Positions 1-8,950 are shown, counted from the stretch's first letter. The stretch: DNA of 64,000 nt from Candidatus Omnitrophota bacterium (GCA_035402765.1 DAONDX010000001.1:13090-77089), one strand, 5' to 3'. The notes: generated by a model not told the origin, from the sequence alone. Numbers and translations: made by a program.

Positions 1-138
1 AACGCCGTTAAGCGCGATGCTATCGCCCACTTTAGCATCCGACAATGACAGTTTGGCGGCCACCTCCAAAAGAATTACTCCGGATCGCCGCGTTATTCTT
101 TTCACCCGGCCTAATTCTTCAACAATTCCCGTAAACAT
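1..138 (-). CDS. ribE: riboflavin synthase alpha subunit, N-terminal fragment (the gene runs off the window start)
   Basis: The reverse-complement of 1-138 translates to MFTGIVEELGRVKRITRRSGVILLEVAAKLSLSDAKVGDSIALNGV. This is the typical RibE N-terminus (MFTGIVEE...GDSIA.NGV). The ATG at 136-138 abuts the ribD stop at 139-141. Confidence 0.65.
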   Translation of the reverse strand, partial: MFTGIVEELGRVKRITRRSGVILLEVAAKLSLSDAKVGDSIALNGV

Positions 139-1233
139 TTAACTCACCCTTGCCGAAACTAATAGTTCTTCACCAAAACGCCTGATTTTAAAATCCCTTA
201 ATTTTATCGCTTGATCGACGCGCTTAACTCCGCTGCCCATTACCGAGGAAACCGCATCCTTTCCGCCGATGATTTTAGGGCTGATAAAAAATAATATTTT
301 GTCGACCAATCTTTCATCAAACAACGAACCGATCAGCGTGCCTCCGCCCTCCACTATAATATTACTGATGTGTAACCCCGCCAATTTTTTTAAAGCATCG
401 CGCAAATTGATCTGCCCGGCTTTTTCCTTAACTTCGAGGATTTTGGCTTTAGCGGCCAGTTTTTTCCGATTCTCCGTTTCCTGCCCCGGGCGGCTGGGCA
501 GAGTAATAATAATCACCTGGCTGGCGCCGGCAAAAATATTAGAATCTTCCGCTATGCTTAAATTACTATCCACCACGATCTTAATTAATTTTTTTTGAGA
601 AAACCAGGCGTTCAGGCTAGGATTGTCGCGTAACACGGTATTAACCCCGACCATAATCGCATCATAATCTTTACGCATGCGATGAGCAAAAGCCCGCGCC
701 TTATCCGAAGTGATCCACTTGGAATCACCGGTCCGGGTAGCAATCCGGCCGTCTAAAGATTCGGCGACTTTTACCGTGATAAAAGGAATCCGGGTAGTAA
801 TATATTTTATAAAACTTTCATTAATTGCTTTTAATTGCTCGCCAAGCACTCCCACTCTTACTTTAATATTACTTTGCTTAAGCAAAGTAACCCCTTTGCC
901 GTTATTCAAAGGATTGGGATCGATCATCCCGACCACTACCTCTTTGATCCCGCTGCCGATTATCCGATTAATACAAGGCGGAGTACGTCCGGTGTGCGCG
1001 CAAGGCTCCAGAGTAACGTAAAGAGTTGCCCCTTTGGCTTTTTTCCCCGCTTCATCTAAAGCCACTATCTCAGCATGGGCAAATCCGGCGCGAGCATGAA
1101 AACCGCGGCCGATAATTTTACCCGCTTTTACCACTAATGCGCCGACCAAAGGATTAGGCGAAGTTTTCCCTTTCGCTTTAAGGGCTAATTTTAAAGCCAG
1201 CCTCATGTAATGTTCATCGAGCGGTTTAATCAT
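139..1233 (-). CDS. ribD: bifunctional diaminohydroxyphosphoribosylaminopyrimidine deaminase / 5-amino-6-(5-phosphoribosylamino)uracil reductase
   Basis: It has the deaminase zinc motif HAEIVAL...TLEPCAHTGRTPPC followed by a reductase domain. The ATG at 1231-1233 overlaps the upstream stop in ATGA fashion. Confidence 0.9.
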   Translation of the reverse strand: MIKPLDEHYMRLALKLALKAKGKTSPNPLVGALVVKAGKIIGRGFHARAGFAHAEIVALDEAGKKAKGATLYVTLEPCAHTGRTPPCINRIIGSGIKEVVVGMIDPNPLNNGKGVTLLKQSNIKVRVGVLGEQLKAINESFIKYITTRIPFITVKVAESLDGRIATRTGDSKWITSDKARAFAHRMRKDYDAIMVGVNTVLRDNPSLNAWFSQKKLIKIVVDSNLSIAEDSNIFAGASQVIIITLPSRPGQETENRKKLAAKAKILEVKEKAGQINLRDALKKLAGLHISNIIVEGGGTLIGSLFDERLVDKILFFISPKIIGGKDAVSSVMGSGVKRVDQAIKLRDFKIRRFGEELLVSARVS

Positions 1234-2045
1234 TTTTTAGCCGACCTCAACTTTTCAACTAACTCTAAAGGTACTTTGATCATGCCTAACTTTATATCCG
1301 GTTTTGCGCTGCCGTGAAAATCTGTGCCACCGGTAACCAGAAGATTAAGTTTTTTCGCCAGGTCTAAATAAAAATTAACCATGGATTGGGAATGTTCAGG
1401 ATAATAGACCTCAATGCCTTCTATGCCATAACCAGCAAATTCGCTGATTAATGCGTCATTATATAACATGTACGGATGCGCTAAAACAGCGACGCCTCCG
1501 GCAGCATTAATCATCTTAATCGCTTCTGCCACTGATAGGCGAAATCCTAAAACATAAGCCGGCGACCTATCCCCGATATATTTGCGGAAGGCTTCAGCGG
1601 TAGAACCCACCACCTTCTCTTTTACTAATGCCCGGGCGATATGCATCCTGCCCACCGTAGCCTGGCCAGAAATACCAAAAACCGTTTCGGCATTAAGTTT
1701 TATACCCAGCCCGGCTAAATTTTCAATAATCTTATGTACCCGTTCAACACGATTAAGCCGGATCAATTTCAATTTCGCAAGCAGCTCCTGATTCCGGTAA
1801 TCCAAAAAATACCCTAAAACATGCACTTCCTGATTCTCATGCTGAGCGGTCAATTCAATACCCGGGATTATTTCAAGCTCCGTACCGGCTGCCTGCGTCA
1901 ATGCTTCATCCAAACCTTCCGTTGAATCGTGATCCGTTATCGCCAGCGCACCGATCCCCCGGCGGAGGCCTTCCTTAACCAATTGCGCAGGCGTATACGT
2001 ACCATCGCTGTGAAGAGTGTGTACATGTAAATCAGCATATTTCAA
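1230..2045 (-). CDS. PHP-domain metal-dependent phosphoesterase
   Basis: The N-terminal DLHVHTLHSDG motif and the histidine/aspartate pattern fit the PHP family. It has a TTG start preceded by GAAGGTG. Confidence 0.75.
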   Translation of the reverse strand: MKYADLHVHTLHSDGTYTPAQLVKEGLRRGIGALAITDHDSTEGLDEALTQAAGTELEIIPGIELTAQHENQEVHVLGYFLDYRNQELLAKLKLIRLNRVERVHKIIENLAGLGIKLNAETVFGISGQATVGRMHIARALVKEKVVGSTAEAFRKYIGDRSPAYVLGFRLSVAEAIKMINAAGGVAVLAHPYMLYNDALISEFAGYGIEGIEVYYPEHSQSMVNFYLDLAKKLNLLVTGGTDFHGSAKPDIKLGMIKVPLELVEKLRSAKK

Positions 2046-2118
2046 GCGGCACCTTCTAACTTAGGCGCACTTTTAACCTTTTGGCATTTTAAATTTAAAA
2101 ATAAAGAAGGCTCAGGGT

Positions 2119-2535
2119 TCATTTCTCTTTTTCGATTTTTATTTGATCCAATATCGCGTTAACAAATTTTCCCGACTCTAAACCTGAATACTTCTTGGCC
2201 AGCTCCACCGCCTCATTGATCGCCACCTTCGGGGGGATATCCGAACGGAATAAAAGCTCAAAACACCCCAGGCGCATAATATTACGGTCTACAAAAGCCA
2301 TGCGCTCAAGCTGCCAATTCGCGGCATATTTACTGATCTTTTTATCAATTTCCTGCAGATGCTCAACTACCCCTCCCAATAACTCTGCCGAGAAATCTTT
2401 AAGCTCACCGGATAAATCCTGCCGGTCATCAACCGCACAAAAATTTTCTAAAATTTCCTGCCACTTGCCCTGGGTAATATCAACCTGATAGAGCATTTGT
2501 AACACATATTCACGCGCTTTAGTCCGTTTACGCAT
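2119..2535 (-). CDS. nusB: transcription antitermination factor NusB
   Basis: 138 aa. The motifs AREYVLQMLYQ and FVNAILD are typical of NusB. It sits inside the rib operon, as in many bacteria. Confidence 0.85.
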   Translation of the reverse strand: MRKRTKAREYVLQMLYQVDITQGKWQEILENFCAVDDRQDLSGELKDFSAELLGGVVEHLQEIDKKISKYAANWQLERMAFVDRNIMRLGCFELLFRSDIPPKVAINEAVELAKKYSGLESGKFVNAILDQIKIEKEK

Positions 2536-2630
2536 AAGAAGTAATTGAGCCCTTGATTAACTTGTCTAACAAATTAATCAAAGACGAATTGATCCGGCCG
2601 GTAATCCTTGCGGCAGGATAAGGTTAATAA

Positions 2631-3098
2631 TTATTTTAATTCCCCGGTTAAACTCACCATCTCGATAGCTGAAAGTGCCGCATCAGCGCCTTTATTGCCG
2701 TCCTTGGAACCTGAGCGTTCTACTGCCTGCTCAATGCTATCGGCAGTAATTACGCCAAAAATAACCGGTAGTCCGCTATCCAATGAAACTTTGGCCGCAC
2801 CTTTTGCCACTTCGGCAGCAATATAATCAAAATGCGGAGTTGCGCCCCGGATAACCGTACCCAAACAAATTATAGCATCAAATAATTTAGCTTTGGCCAT
2901 TTTCTGAGCGACCAGCGGAATTTCAAATGCCCCGGGGACCCAAGCTACCGTAACATCTTTATCTTCTGCTCCGTGCCTGACCAAGGTATCGATACAACCG
3001 CTAACCAGCTCTTTAGTCATAAAATCATTAAACCGTGAAGCCACCAAACCAAAACGCATGCCCTTTGCTAACAACTTGCCTTCAATCACCTTTGCCAT
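2631..3098 (-). CDS. ribH: 6,7-dimethyl-8-ribityllumazine synthase
   Basis: 155 aa with [18 protein letters not shown] and [24 protein letters not shown] precedes the ATG. Confidence 0.9.
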   Translation of the reverse strand: MAKVIEGKLLAKGMRFGLVASRFNDFMTKELVSGCIDTLVRHGAEDKDVTVAWVPGAFEIPLVAQKMAKAKLFDAIICLGTVIRGATPHFDYIAAEVAKGAAKVSLDSGLPVIFGVITADSIEQAVERSGSKDGNKGADAALSAIEMVSLTGELK

Positions 3099-3207
3099 AT
3101 TTCCTCCTTAATGAGTCCGTCATAAATCATGACGGAAGAATTAATCCCGCCGCATTGCCGAAATTCTCGATAATTTCAGCTAAACTTTTAAAGCAGGAGT
3201 TCACCGC

Positions 3208-4416
3208 CTAAATGTCTAATTGATGCCCCATCTTTTCTTTTTTGGTTTTAAGGTATTTAAAATTCTCGGCATTCGGCTTGATCTCAAGGGGTACCCGCTG
3301 CGCCACCCCTAAACCATAACCCTCCAGGCCGACAATCTTTCGCGGATTGTTAGTTAATAACCTGATTTGTTTAATCCCCAAATCCACTAAAATTTGAGCT
3401 CCGATTCCATAATCACGTAAATCCGCTTTATGCCCCAAAGCCTCATTAGCTTCGACCGTATCCATTCCGTTATCCTGCAAGTTATAAGCCCGTAGCTTCT
3501 CAACCAGGCCGATACCGCGGCCTTCCTGGTTCATATAAAGGATTACGCCTTTTTTTTCCAGAGCGATCATTTGCATCGCTCTCTCCAGCTGTTTTCCGCA
3601 ATCACAGCGCAGGGAACCAAAAACATCTCCGGTCAGGCAGGCCGAGTGTACACGCACTAATACGGACTCATCTGACCAATTCCCCATACATAAAGCAAGA
3701 TGAGACTGGTTATTAGTCTGATCGCGGTAAACTATTAATTTAAACTCGCCGAATTTAGTCGGTAATTTAGTTTGCACAACCACCTCTACTAGTTTCTCCC
3801 TCCGGCGGCGGTATTCAATCAGACTAGCAATTGTACAGATCTTTAAAGAGTGACGGCGGGAAAATTCTAAAAGCTGCGGCAAGCGGGCCATACTGCCGTC
3901 ATCATTCATGATCTCACAAATTACCCCGGCCGGATAAAGCCCGGCCAGGCGCATTAAATCTAAACTCGCTTCCGTATGGCCAGCCCTGACCAAAACCCCG
4001 CCCCGCCGTGAACGCAAAGGAAAAATATGCCCTGGGCGCACCAGATCTTCCGGCTGGCTCTGCCGGTTAATTAGGACCTCAATTGTTCTGGCGCGATCAG
4101 CCGCCGAAATTCCGGTCGTAACTCCGCTGGCTGCATCCACAGAGATCATCCAGGCAGTTTTAAAAGGATCTTCAAGATTAGCCTGCAAAGTATTCTTAAG
4201 CATCGGATCCAACTCCAGGAAACGCAGCCTCTCTTCTTCCATGGGAACGCAGATCAAGCCGCGGCCGAATTTAGCCATAAAGTTAATGTCTGCGGATTTC
4301 ACGCTTGAAGCAGCCAGCACTAAATCGCCTTCGTTCTCCCGGTCTTCATCATCAACCACAATCACCATTAAACCGGCTTTTAAATCTTCCAAAATTTCTG
4401 GGATACTGTTAAACAT
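3208..4416 (-). CDS. ribBA: bifunctional 3,4-dihydroxy-2-butanone-4-phosphate synthase / GTP cyclohydrolase II
   Basis: 402 aa. The N-terminal DHBP synthase half carries VVDDEDRENEGDL. The C-terminal GTP cyclohydrolase II half carries CDCG, GRGIGL and NNPRK. Confidence 0.9.
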   Translation of the reverse strand: MFNSIPEILEDLKAGLMVIVVDDEDRENEGDLVLAASSVKSADINFMAKFGRGLICVPMEEERLRFLELDPMLKNTLQANLEDPFKTAWMISVDAASGVTTGISAADRARTIEVLINRQSQPEDLVRPGHIFPLRSRRGGVLVRAGHTEASLDLMRLAGLYPAGVICEIMNDDGSMARLPQLLEFSRRHSLKICTIASLIEYRRRREKLVEVVVQTKLPTKFGEFKLIVYRDQTNNQSHLALCMGNWSDESVLVRVHSACLTGDVFGSLRCDCGKQLERAMQMIALEKKGVILYMNQEGRGIGLVEKLRAYNLQDNGMDTVEANEALGHKADLRDYGIGAQILVDLGIKQIRLLTNNPRKIVGLEGYGLGVAQRVPLEIKPNAENFKYLKTKKEKMGHQLDI

Positions 4417-4440
4417 AGATTTTTTCTTTCAGTCCCGAAT

Positions 4441-4482
4441 CTCCCAATAAAAAAATAAACCCGAACAAACTCTTCGGGTTTA
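4441..4482 (-). terminator. intrinsic terminator hairpin serving as the expression platform of the FMN riboswitch
   Basis: On the minus strand the hairpin AAACCCGAAGAGUUUGUUCGGGUUU is followed by UAUUUUUUUAUU. It lies between the aptamer and the ribBA start. Confidence 0.5.
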
Positions 4483-4529
4483 CATTCTCCTCCGCTAAAA
4501 CTTAGCAGATTAACTACAGACTGTAATAA

Positions 4530-4712
4530 TCTTTTCTCATCTGGACTTTCGCCATTCGCATGGCACCATCGGCTCTGGCATTTCACCAGATCTGCAGCCG
4601 CATGAACTTATGCGGCGGCTCGCGGGCTTTTACGCCCGGCGTTAAATAAACGCCGGTGTGCGCTTCTGCGCTACCGCCGGTAAGGAGTTTCACCTTGCCC
4701 CAAAGATTAATT
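4530..4712 (-). promoter_or_regulatory. FMN riboswitch (RFN element) upstream of ribBA
   Basis: The reverse-complement reads GGGGCAAGGUGAAACUCCUUACCGGCGGUAGCGC...CCGCGAGCCG...GCAGAUCUGGUGAAAUGCCAGAGCCGAUGGUGCCAUGCGAAUGGCGAAAGUCCAGAUGAGAAAAG. This matches the conserved RFN blocks (CCGGCGGUA, CCGCGAGC, GAUCUGGUGAAAUUCCAGAGCCGACAGU, AAAGUCUGGAUGGGAGAAG). Confidence 0.85.
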
Positions 4713-4741
4713 GTTAATTAGTTTAACAACAGAAACTGGAC

Positions 4742-4770
4742 TTGTCAATATATTTAAAAACGGCTATAAT
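4742..4770 (+). promoter_or_regulatory. sigma70-type promoter TTGTCA-17-TATAAT ending 6 nt before the pncC ATG (leaderless-type)
   Basis: TTGTCA at 4742-4747, a 17-nt spacer, TATAAT at 4765-4770 and ATG at 4777. There is no SD. Confidence 0.45.
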
Positions 4771-4776
4771 AACTTT

Positions 4777-5253
4777 ATGCCTGCTTCAATAATCCGAAAA
4801 ATCCATTACCAGCTGATTAAACAAGGCAAAACCATTGCTGTTGCTGAATCCTGCACCGGAGGTCAACTTTCTTCTCAACTAACCAGCCTGCCGGAAGCTT
4901 CCCGTTATTTCCTTCTCGGAGCAGTCACCTACAGTAACAAATCCAAGGAACTGCTCCTAAATATCCCGGCGGGAATAATTGCAAAATACGGAGCAGTTTC
5001 CAAGGAAGTGGCGATATTAATGGCCCGGAATATTAAAAATAAAATGCGTGCCGATTTTGGCTTAAGCATTACCGGAATTGCCGGGCCGGGCGGGGCAACC
5101 TCAGCTAAACCCGTTGGCACAGTCTATATCTGCCTCTGCGCCAAAAAACTGGAGATTTGCCGTAAATTTATCTTTCCGGGCAACCGGAAAACTATCTGTA
5201 AGAAAACCGTTGAGAAATCTTTACTTTTATTATGCGCGCATTTATCGCCATAA
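4777..5253 (+). CDS. pncC: CinA C-terminal domain protein / nicotinamide-nucleotide amidohydrolase
   Basis: The motifs AVAESCTGGQL and ITGIAGPGG fit the CinA-C/PncC family. The track start (TTG at 4711) would overlap the riboswitch, so I placed the start at the ATG at 4777, just after the promoter. Confidence 0.8.
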   Translation: MPASIIRKIHYQLIKQGKTIAVAESCTGGQLSSQLTSLPEASRYFLLGAVTYSNKSKELLLNIPAGIIAKYGAVSKEVAILMARNIKNKMRADFGLSITGIAGPGGATSAKPVGTVYICLCAKKLEICRKFIFPGNRKTICKKTVEKSLLLLCAHLSP

Positions 5254-5795
5254 AACTTCCCCCGGAAATTAATGCTTCCCTGATTAAACTCCAGCATGAA
5301 CTAAAACTAACTCTGCCTAAAATTAGCTGGGTAAAACCGGCTAACCTGCATCTTACTTTAAAATTCCTGGGCGAAATCTCTACCGAGCAACTCGCCTGCG
5401 CCGCACAAAAGATCCCGGAAATAATTAAAGGTTTTTCTCCATTCGAAATTAAGCTGGAAACCTTAGGCGTCTTTCCCGATTTAAGCCGGGGGCGGATAAT
5501 TTGGATCGGCTCCCAAACCCCTGATCCTGAGCTAAAACGCCTGGTCGGAGAAATCGAAAAAGAACTATCGAAAATCGGACTGCCCAAAGAAAAACACTCT
5601 TTCCAGGCGCACATCAGCCTGGGCCGGATAAAACAACCTTTAAACCCTTTAGATTTAGAATGCTGCCTGAAAAAAGTATGGAATGATTGTGCAACTCTGG
5701 ATTTGAAATTTAGCGCCGCGGGAATTACTTTGTTTAAAAGCCAGCTTAACCGGCAAGGAGCCGACTACAGCATATTGCAAGAATTAAACTTTTGA
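5232..5795 (+). CDS. thpR: RNA 2',3'-cyclic phosphodiesterase (2H phosphoesterase, LigT/ThpR)
   Basis: Two H-x-T/S-x motifs (HLTLKF and HISLGR) fit the 2H phosphoesterase family. Confidence 0.8.
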   Translation: MRAFIAIKLPPEINASLIKLQHELKLTLPKISWVKPANLHLTLKFLGEISTEQLACAAQKIPEIIKGFSPFEIKLETLGVFPDLSRGRIIWIGSQTPDPELKRLVGEIEKELSKIGLPKEKHSFQAHISLGRIKQPLNPLDLECCLKKVWNDCATLDLKFSAAGITLFKSQLNRQGADYSILQELNF

Positions 5796-5802
5796 TAATA
5801 TT

Positions 5803-6270
5803 TTAAAGAGGCAACTTCAGAATGATTTGTAATATCAGGTTGGTGTAAATTCCGGCGATCAAGTCATCGCCAATAACCCCCACCGCTCCATGCCTGTTCT
5901 GTATACGCCCGGCAGGATAGATTTTAAGCGTATCCAAAATACGAAAGATCAAAAATCCCAGAAAAATTATCTTAAAATCCAGCGGCATAAAACTAAGCGC
6001 AACCAAGATACCTGCTACTTCATCAATCACGATACAACCCGGATCTTTTTTATTAAGCAACTTCTCCATCCGGCCGCAGACCATTAATCCCAGGAGGATA
6101 ACCCCTAAAATTAATCCCAAATAGGTTATCCAGGAAAAACCCCGGGACCAATAAAATAAACCTACCCCCGCCAGACTGCCGAAGGTACCAGGCATCAGCG
6201 GTAAATAACCGATAAAAAAAACAGTAGCTGCGATTTTAACAAAAGCTGCGTTTATTTCTTTAAATCTCAT
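5803..6270 (-). CDS. pgpA: phosphatidylglycerophosphatase A
   Basis: The GTFGSLAG and DEVAG motifs and the membrane topology fit PgpA. The ATG at 6268-6270 overlaps the pgsA stop (ATGA). A longer ORF from the ATG at 6300 is also possible. Confidence 0.75.
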   Translation of the reverse strand: MRFKEINAAFVKIAATVFFIGYLPLMPGTFGSLAGVGLFYWSRGFSWITYLGLILGVILLGLMVCGRMEKLLNKKDPGCIVIDEVAGILVALSFMPLDFKIIFLGFLIFRILDTLKIYPAGRIQNRHGAVGVIGDDLIAGIYTNLILQIILKLPL

Positions 6271-6845
6271 AGGCGGGTAATTACTTTTCGATTCTGCCAT
6301 AAATAGGATAGCCCGGAATAAAGAGTTAATCCTACAGTTAAGAGCATTAATATAAATATTCCCTGGCGGAAAACTTTTTCCCAGGCGGGATTCCAGGTAT
6401 AATATTTTAATACTATTTCTTTAAGCAGAATAAAACCTAAAATGGTAAAAATAACCACCATTTGCAGGACGGTTTTATGCTTGCCGGCCCGCGCCGCAGA
6501 AAGCACCTTGCCCTTGTTTAAAGCAAACAGGCGCATCGAAGTGATTAAAAATTCCCGGGAAACAATGATCACAAACATCCAGGCATCAATTAGCTGTAAC
6601 TGCACAAATGCCGCAAAAGCTGCGATAACCAAAATTTTATCGGCGATCGGGTCCATAAGCCTGCCAAAGTCCGTTACCATATTCCGGCTTTTAGCGATCA
6701 TTCCGTCAAAGTAATCCGATAAAGCGGCCAGGATAAAAACCACCAGAGCGATCGCTTTAGGCCAGAGCCCGTTGCAAAATAAAAAGAACATAAACACAAA
6801 AGTTAAGATAATGCGCGACATGGTTAATCGATTAGCAAGATTCAT
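6267..6845 (-). CDS. pgsA: CDP-diacylglycerol--glycerol-3-phosphate 3-phosphatidyltransferase
   Basis: It carries the CDP-alcohol phosphatidyltransferase motif DYFDGMIAK...DPIADK and is a multi-TM protein. Confidence 0.85.
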   Translation of the reverse strand: MNLANRLTMSRIILTFVFMFFLFCNGLWPKAIALVVFILAALSDYFDGMIAKSRNMVTDFGRLMDPIADKILVIAAFAAFVQLQLIDAWMFVIIVSREFLITSMRLFALNKGKVLSAARAGKHKTVLQMVVIFTILGFILLKEIVLKYYTWNPAWEKVFRQGIFILMLLTVGLTLYSGLSYLWQNRKVITRL

Positions 6846-8088
6846 TTTTTGGCTCCCCCACTAGGTCATACTCTAAAGTATCTGTAATTTTTACCTGAAT
6901 GAATTTACCGATTTGCAATTTTTGCTTGGTATTTACATAAACCAATCCGTCTACCTCCGGAGCATCCCCTTGGCTGCGCCCGAGGAAACCTGCATCCTGC
7001 TTTTCTTCCAGTAAAACTGAAATGGTCCTGCCTAAAAATTTAGCATTTACTTCTGAAGCTACTTCCCGCTGCGCCAGCATGATTTGATCAAACCTTTCCT
7101 GTTTTATACGCTGGGAGATCTGCCCCTTAAATTTGTATGCCGCAGTCCCCTCTTCCCGGGAATAAATAAAAACACCTAACCGGTCGAATTTTACATCTTT
7201 GACAAATTCCACCAATTCTTTAAATTCTTTTTCCGTCTCCGAAGGAAAACCCACAATCAAGGAAGTACGTAAATAAACCCCGGGAATTGTTTTCCTGATT
7301 TTTTTGATCAGAGCAACGATCTCATCCTTAGTGATCGGCCGGTTCATCGCCGCCAGGATGCGATTATTAATATGCTGGATGGGTAAATCAATATACTTAC
7401 AAACCCTGGGCGAATCCGCAATTAATTCCAGTAATTCAGAGCTAACCCGCTGCGGATTCAAATACAAAAGCCGAATCCATCCGACATTCGGCGTATTATT
7501 GATTATTTTGCGCAATAAGCCTGCCAGCTGGCTTTTTACGGAAGTATCCATGCCATAACCGGTGATATCCTGGCCGATAATATTTAATTCAGAAATTTTA
7601 TCCCGGTTAAAACCTCTAAGTTTCCGGATGATCACCGCCGGATCCAGACTCTTTAATTTGCCCTTGATCTTGGGAATAATACAATAGCTGCACCGGTTCA
7701 GGCAACCTTCGCATATCTTCAGATAAGCGTAGTGTTTCGGAGTTAAAGCCAACCTTGGAAACCCGGAATTCTCTCCCGGGGTCCCCACAAAAGCGTCTAT
7801 TTCCGGTAATTCTTTAGCTAGATCTTTATAACGCTGCGCCAGACAGCCATAAACAATTATTTTTTTAAGCTTACCCTGCTTCTTTAATTCGATCAAATCC
7901 AAGATCGCATCGATAGATTCACGCTTGGCATCTTGAATAAAAGCACAAGTATTTACTAAAACTACCTGTGCTTGAGTGACATCCTGGATGATCGAATATT
8001 TTTTTAGCTTAAGCCGCCCGGCAAGCATTTCGGCATCCACTAAATTCCTGGGGCAGCCTAAACTCAATATTCCTATTTTTTGCTTCAC
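6832..8088 (-). CDS. rimO: ribosomal protein S12 methylthiotransferase
   Basis: The N-terminal IGILSLGCPRN, the radical-SAM CxxxCxxC (CLNRCSYC), the TPKHYAYLKI block and a C-terminal TRAM domain all fit RimO. It has a GTG start with an AGGAG SD. Confidence 0.8.
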   Translation of the reverse strand: MKQKIGILSLGCPRNLVDAEMLAGRLKLKKYSIIQDVTQAQVVLVNTCAFIQDAKRESIDAILDLIELKKQGKLKKIIVYGCLAQRYKDLAKELPEIDAFVGTPGENSGFPRLALTPKHYAYLKICEGCLNRCSYCIIPKIKGKLKSLDPAVIIRKLRGFNRDKISELNIIGQDITGYGMDTSVKSQLAGLLRKIINNTPNVGWIRLLYLNPQRVSSELLELIADSPRVCKYIDLPIQHINNRILAAMNRPITKDEIVALIKKIRKTIPGVYLRTSLIVGFPSETEKEFKELVEFVKDVKFDRLGVFIYSREEGTAAYKFKGQISQRIKQERFDQIMLAQREVASEVNAKFLGRTISVLLEEKQDAGFLGRSQGDAPEVDGLVYVNTKQKLQIGKFIQVKITDTLEYDLVGEPKNESC

Positions 8089-8163
8089 CCCGCTCCTTCT
8101 ATCTTATTCATTCCAATGGTTCCCGCACCTTTTAAACAATTGAAATATAAAGAAGGAGCGGGG
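8088..8163 (-). promoter_or_regulatory. 13-bp perfect inverted repeat (CCCCGCTCCTTCT / AGAAGGAGCGGGG) pairing the rimO SD and start codon with the sequence just downstream of the rodZ stop
   Basis: Seen directly. The arms are 8088-8100 and 8151-8163 with a 50-nt loop. One arm contains the rimO SD and the first base of the GTG start. The other ends 1 nt before the rodZ stop codon. Confidence 0.4.
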
Positions 8164-8164
8164 T

Positions 8165-8950
8165 TCATCTAGAAATCTTCAGGCCATCTTTATTGATTAC
8201 GATATTTTTTAAAGCCTGACCCGGCCGGCCAAGATTAGCAAAACGCTGGTCATTAACCTGCAGCTCTACCGCTCCGGCATTTCCCAGGGATAATTCAACT
8301 TTTTCGCTCGCCTTCCAGGTTTCGCTGCGTCCCCGGGCAAGCACCCCATGGAAAACGACCTTCCCGTCAACTTTAGCTGAAATCCAGGATTTACCGCGCG
8401 CGAATATTCCTAAAGTAAACCCCTGAGTCAAATCTTTATTAATTTTGGAAGCGGTCGGTGCGGTTTTTGCGGCTGAAACCGGCATTGAAATTTTGGCTTT
8501 TTCTAAACGGCTTCTTTTGGGCCGGGAAGAAACAAATTTAATTAAATTGCCGGCTAAAATTATGCAGAGGACTGCCGCTCCCCCGATAATAATTATTTTT
8601 TTTAAATTAACCAGAGGCTTAATCGCTCCCAGCTTAATCGAAGCATCTTTGATAAAAGAGGACTTTTTATCTATCCGCGCTCCGATCGGCCTGCCCACGG
8701 TAGCATTTAAGGCCGGTTTTTTAGTTACCTGGCTGGGGGTAATAAAATCCTTGGTATCTATCCCCAGATAACCGCAGTAAATTTTAATAAAACCTTTAAG
8801 GTAGATCGGGCTCAGATTGGAGATGCTGTCGCCTTCGATCGCCCGCAGGATGTTTAAATGAATCTTGGTCTTCTTCTGAACATCCTCTAAACTTAACCCC
8901 CGCTCTTGTCGAATTTTTTTTAGCCGGGAACCGGCTGTTTCAATATTCAT
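8165..8950 (-). CDS. rodZ: cytoskeleton protein RodZ-like (HTH-XRE domain, one TM helix, C-terminal DUF4115-like domain)
   Basis: The N-terminal HTH (LKKIRQERGLSLEDV), a single TM segment and the conserved C-terminal beta domain fit RodZ. SD AAGGAAGGTG precedes the ATG. Confidence 0.7.
   Translation of the reverse strand: MNIETAGSRLKKIRQERGLSLEDVQKKTKIHLNILRAIEGDSISNLSPIYLKGFIKIYCGYLGIDTKDFITPSQVTKKPALNATVGRPIGARIDKKSSFIKDASIKLGAIKPLVNLKKIIIIGGAAVLCIILAGNLIKFVSSRPKRSRLEKAKISMPVSAAKTAPTASKINKDLTQGFTLGIFARGKSWISAKVDGKVVFHGVLARGRSETWKASEKVELSLGNAGAVELQVNDQRFANLGRPGQALKNIVINKDGLKISR

Noticed and set aside
269-1059. Plus-strand ORFs 269-598, 710-1021 and 835-1059 inside ribD
   Set aside because: They are antisense to a well-supported ribD gene, have no SD and are low-complexity.
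4711-4776. The track's TTG-initiated N-terminal extension of the pncC ORF
   Set aside because: It overlaps the FMN riboswitch on the other strand and precedes the TTGTCA-17-TATAAT promoter. The ATG at 4777 fits the PncC N-terminus.
5078-5614. ORFs 5078-5272 (+) and 5192-5614 (-) overlapping thpR and pncC
   Set aside because: They are antisense or out of frame relative to genes with clear family motifs.
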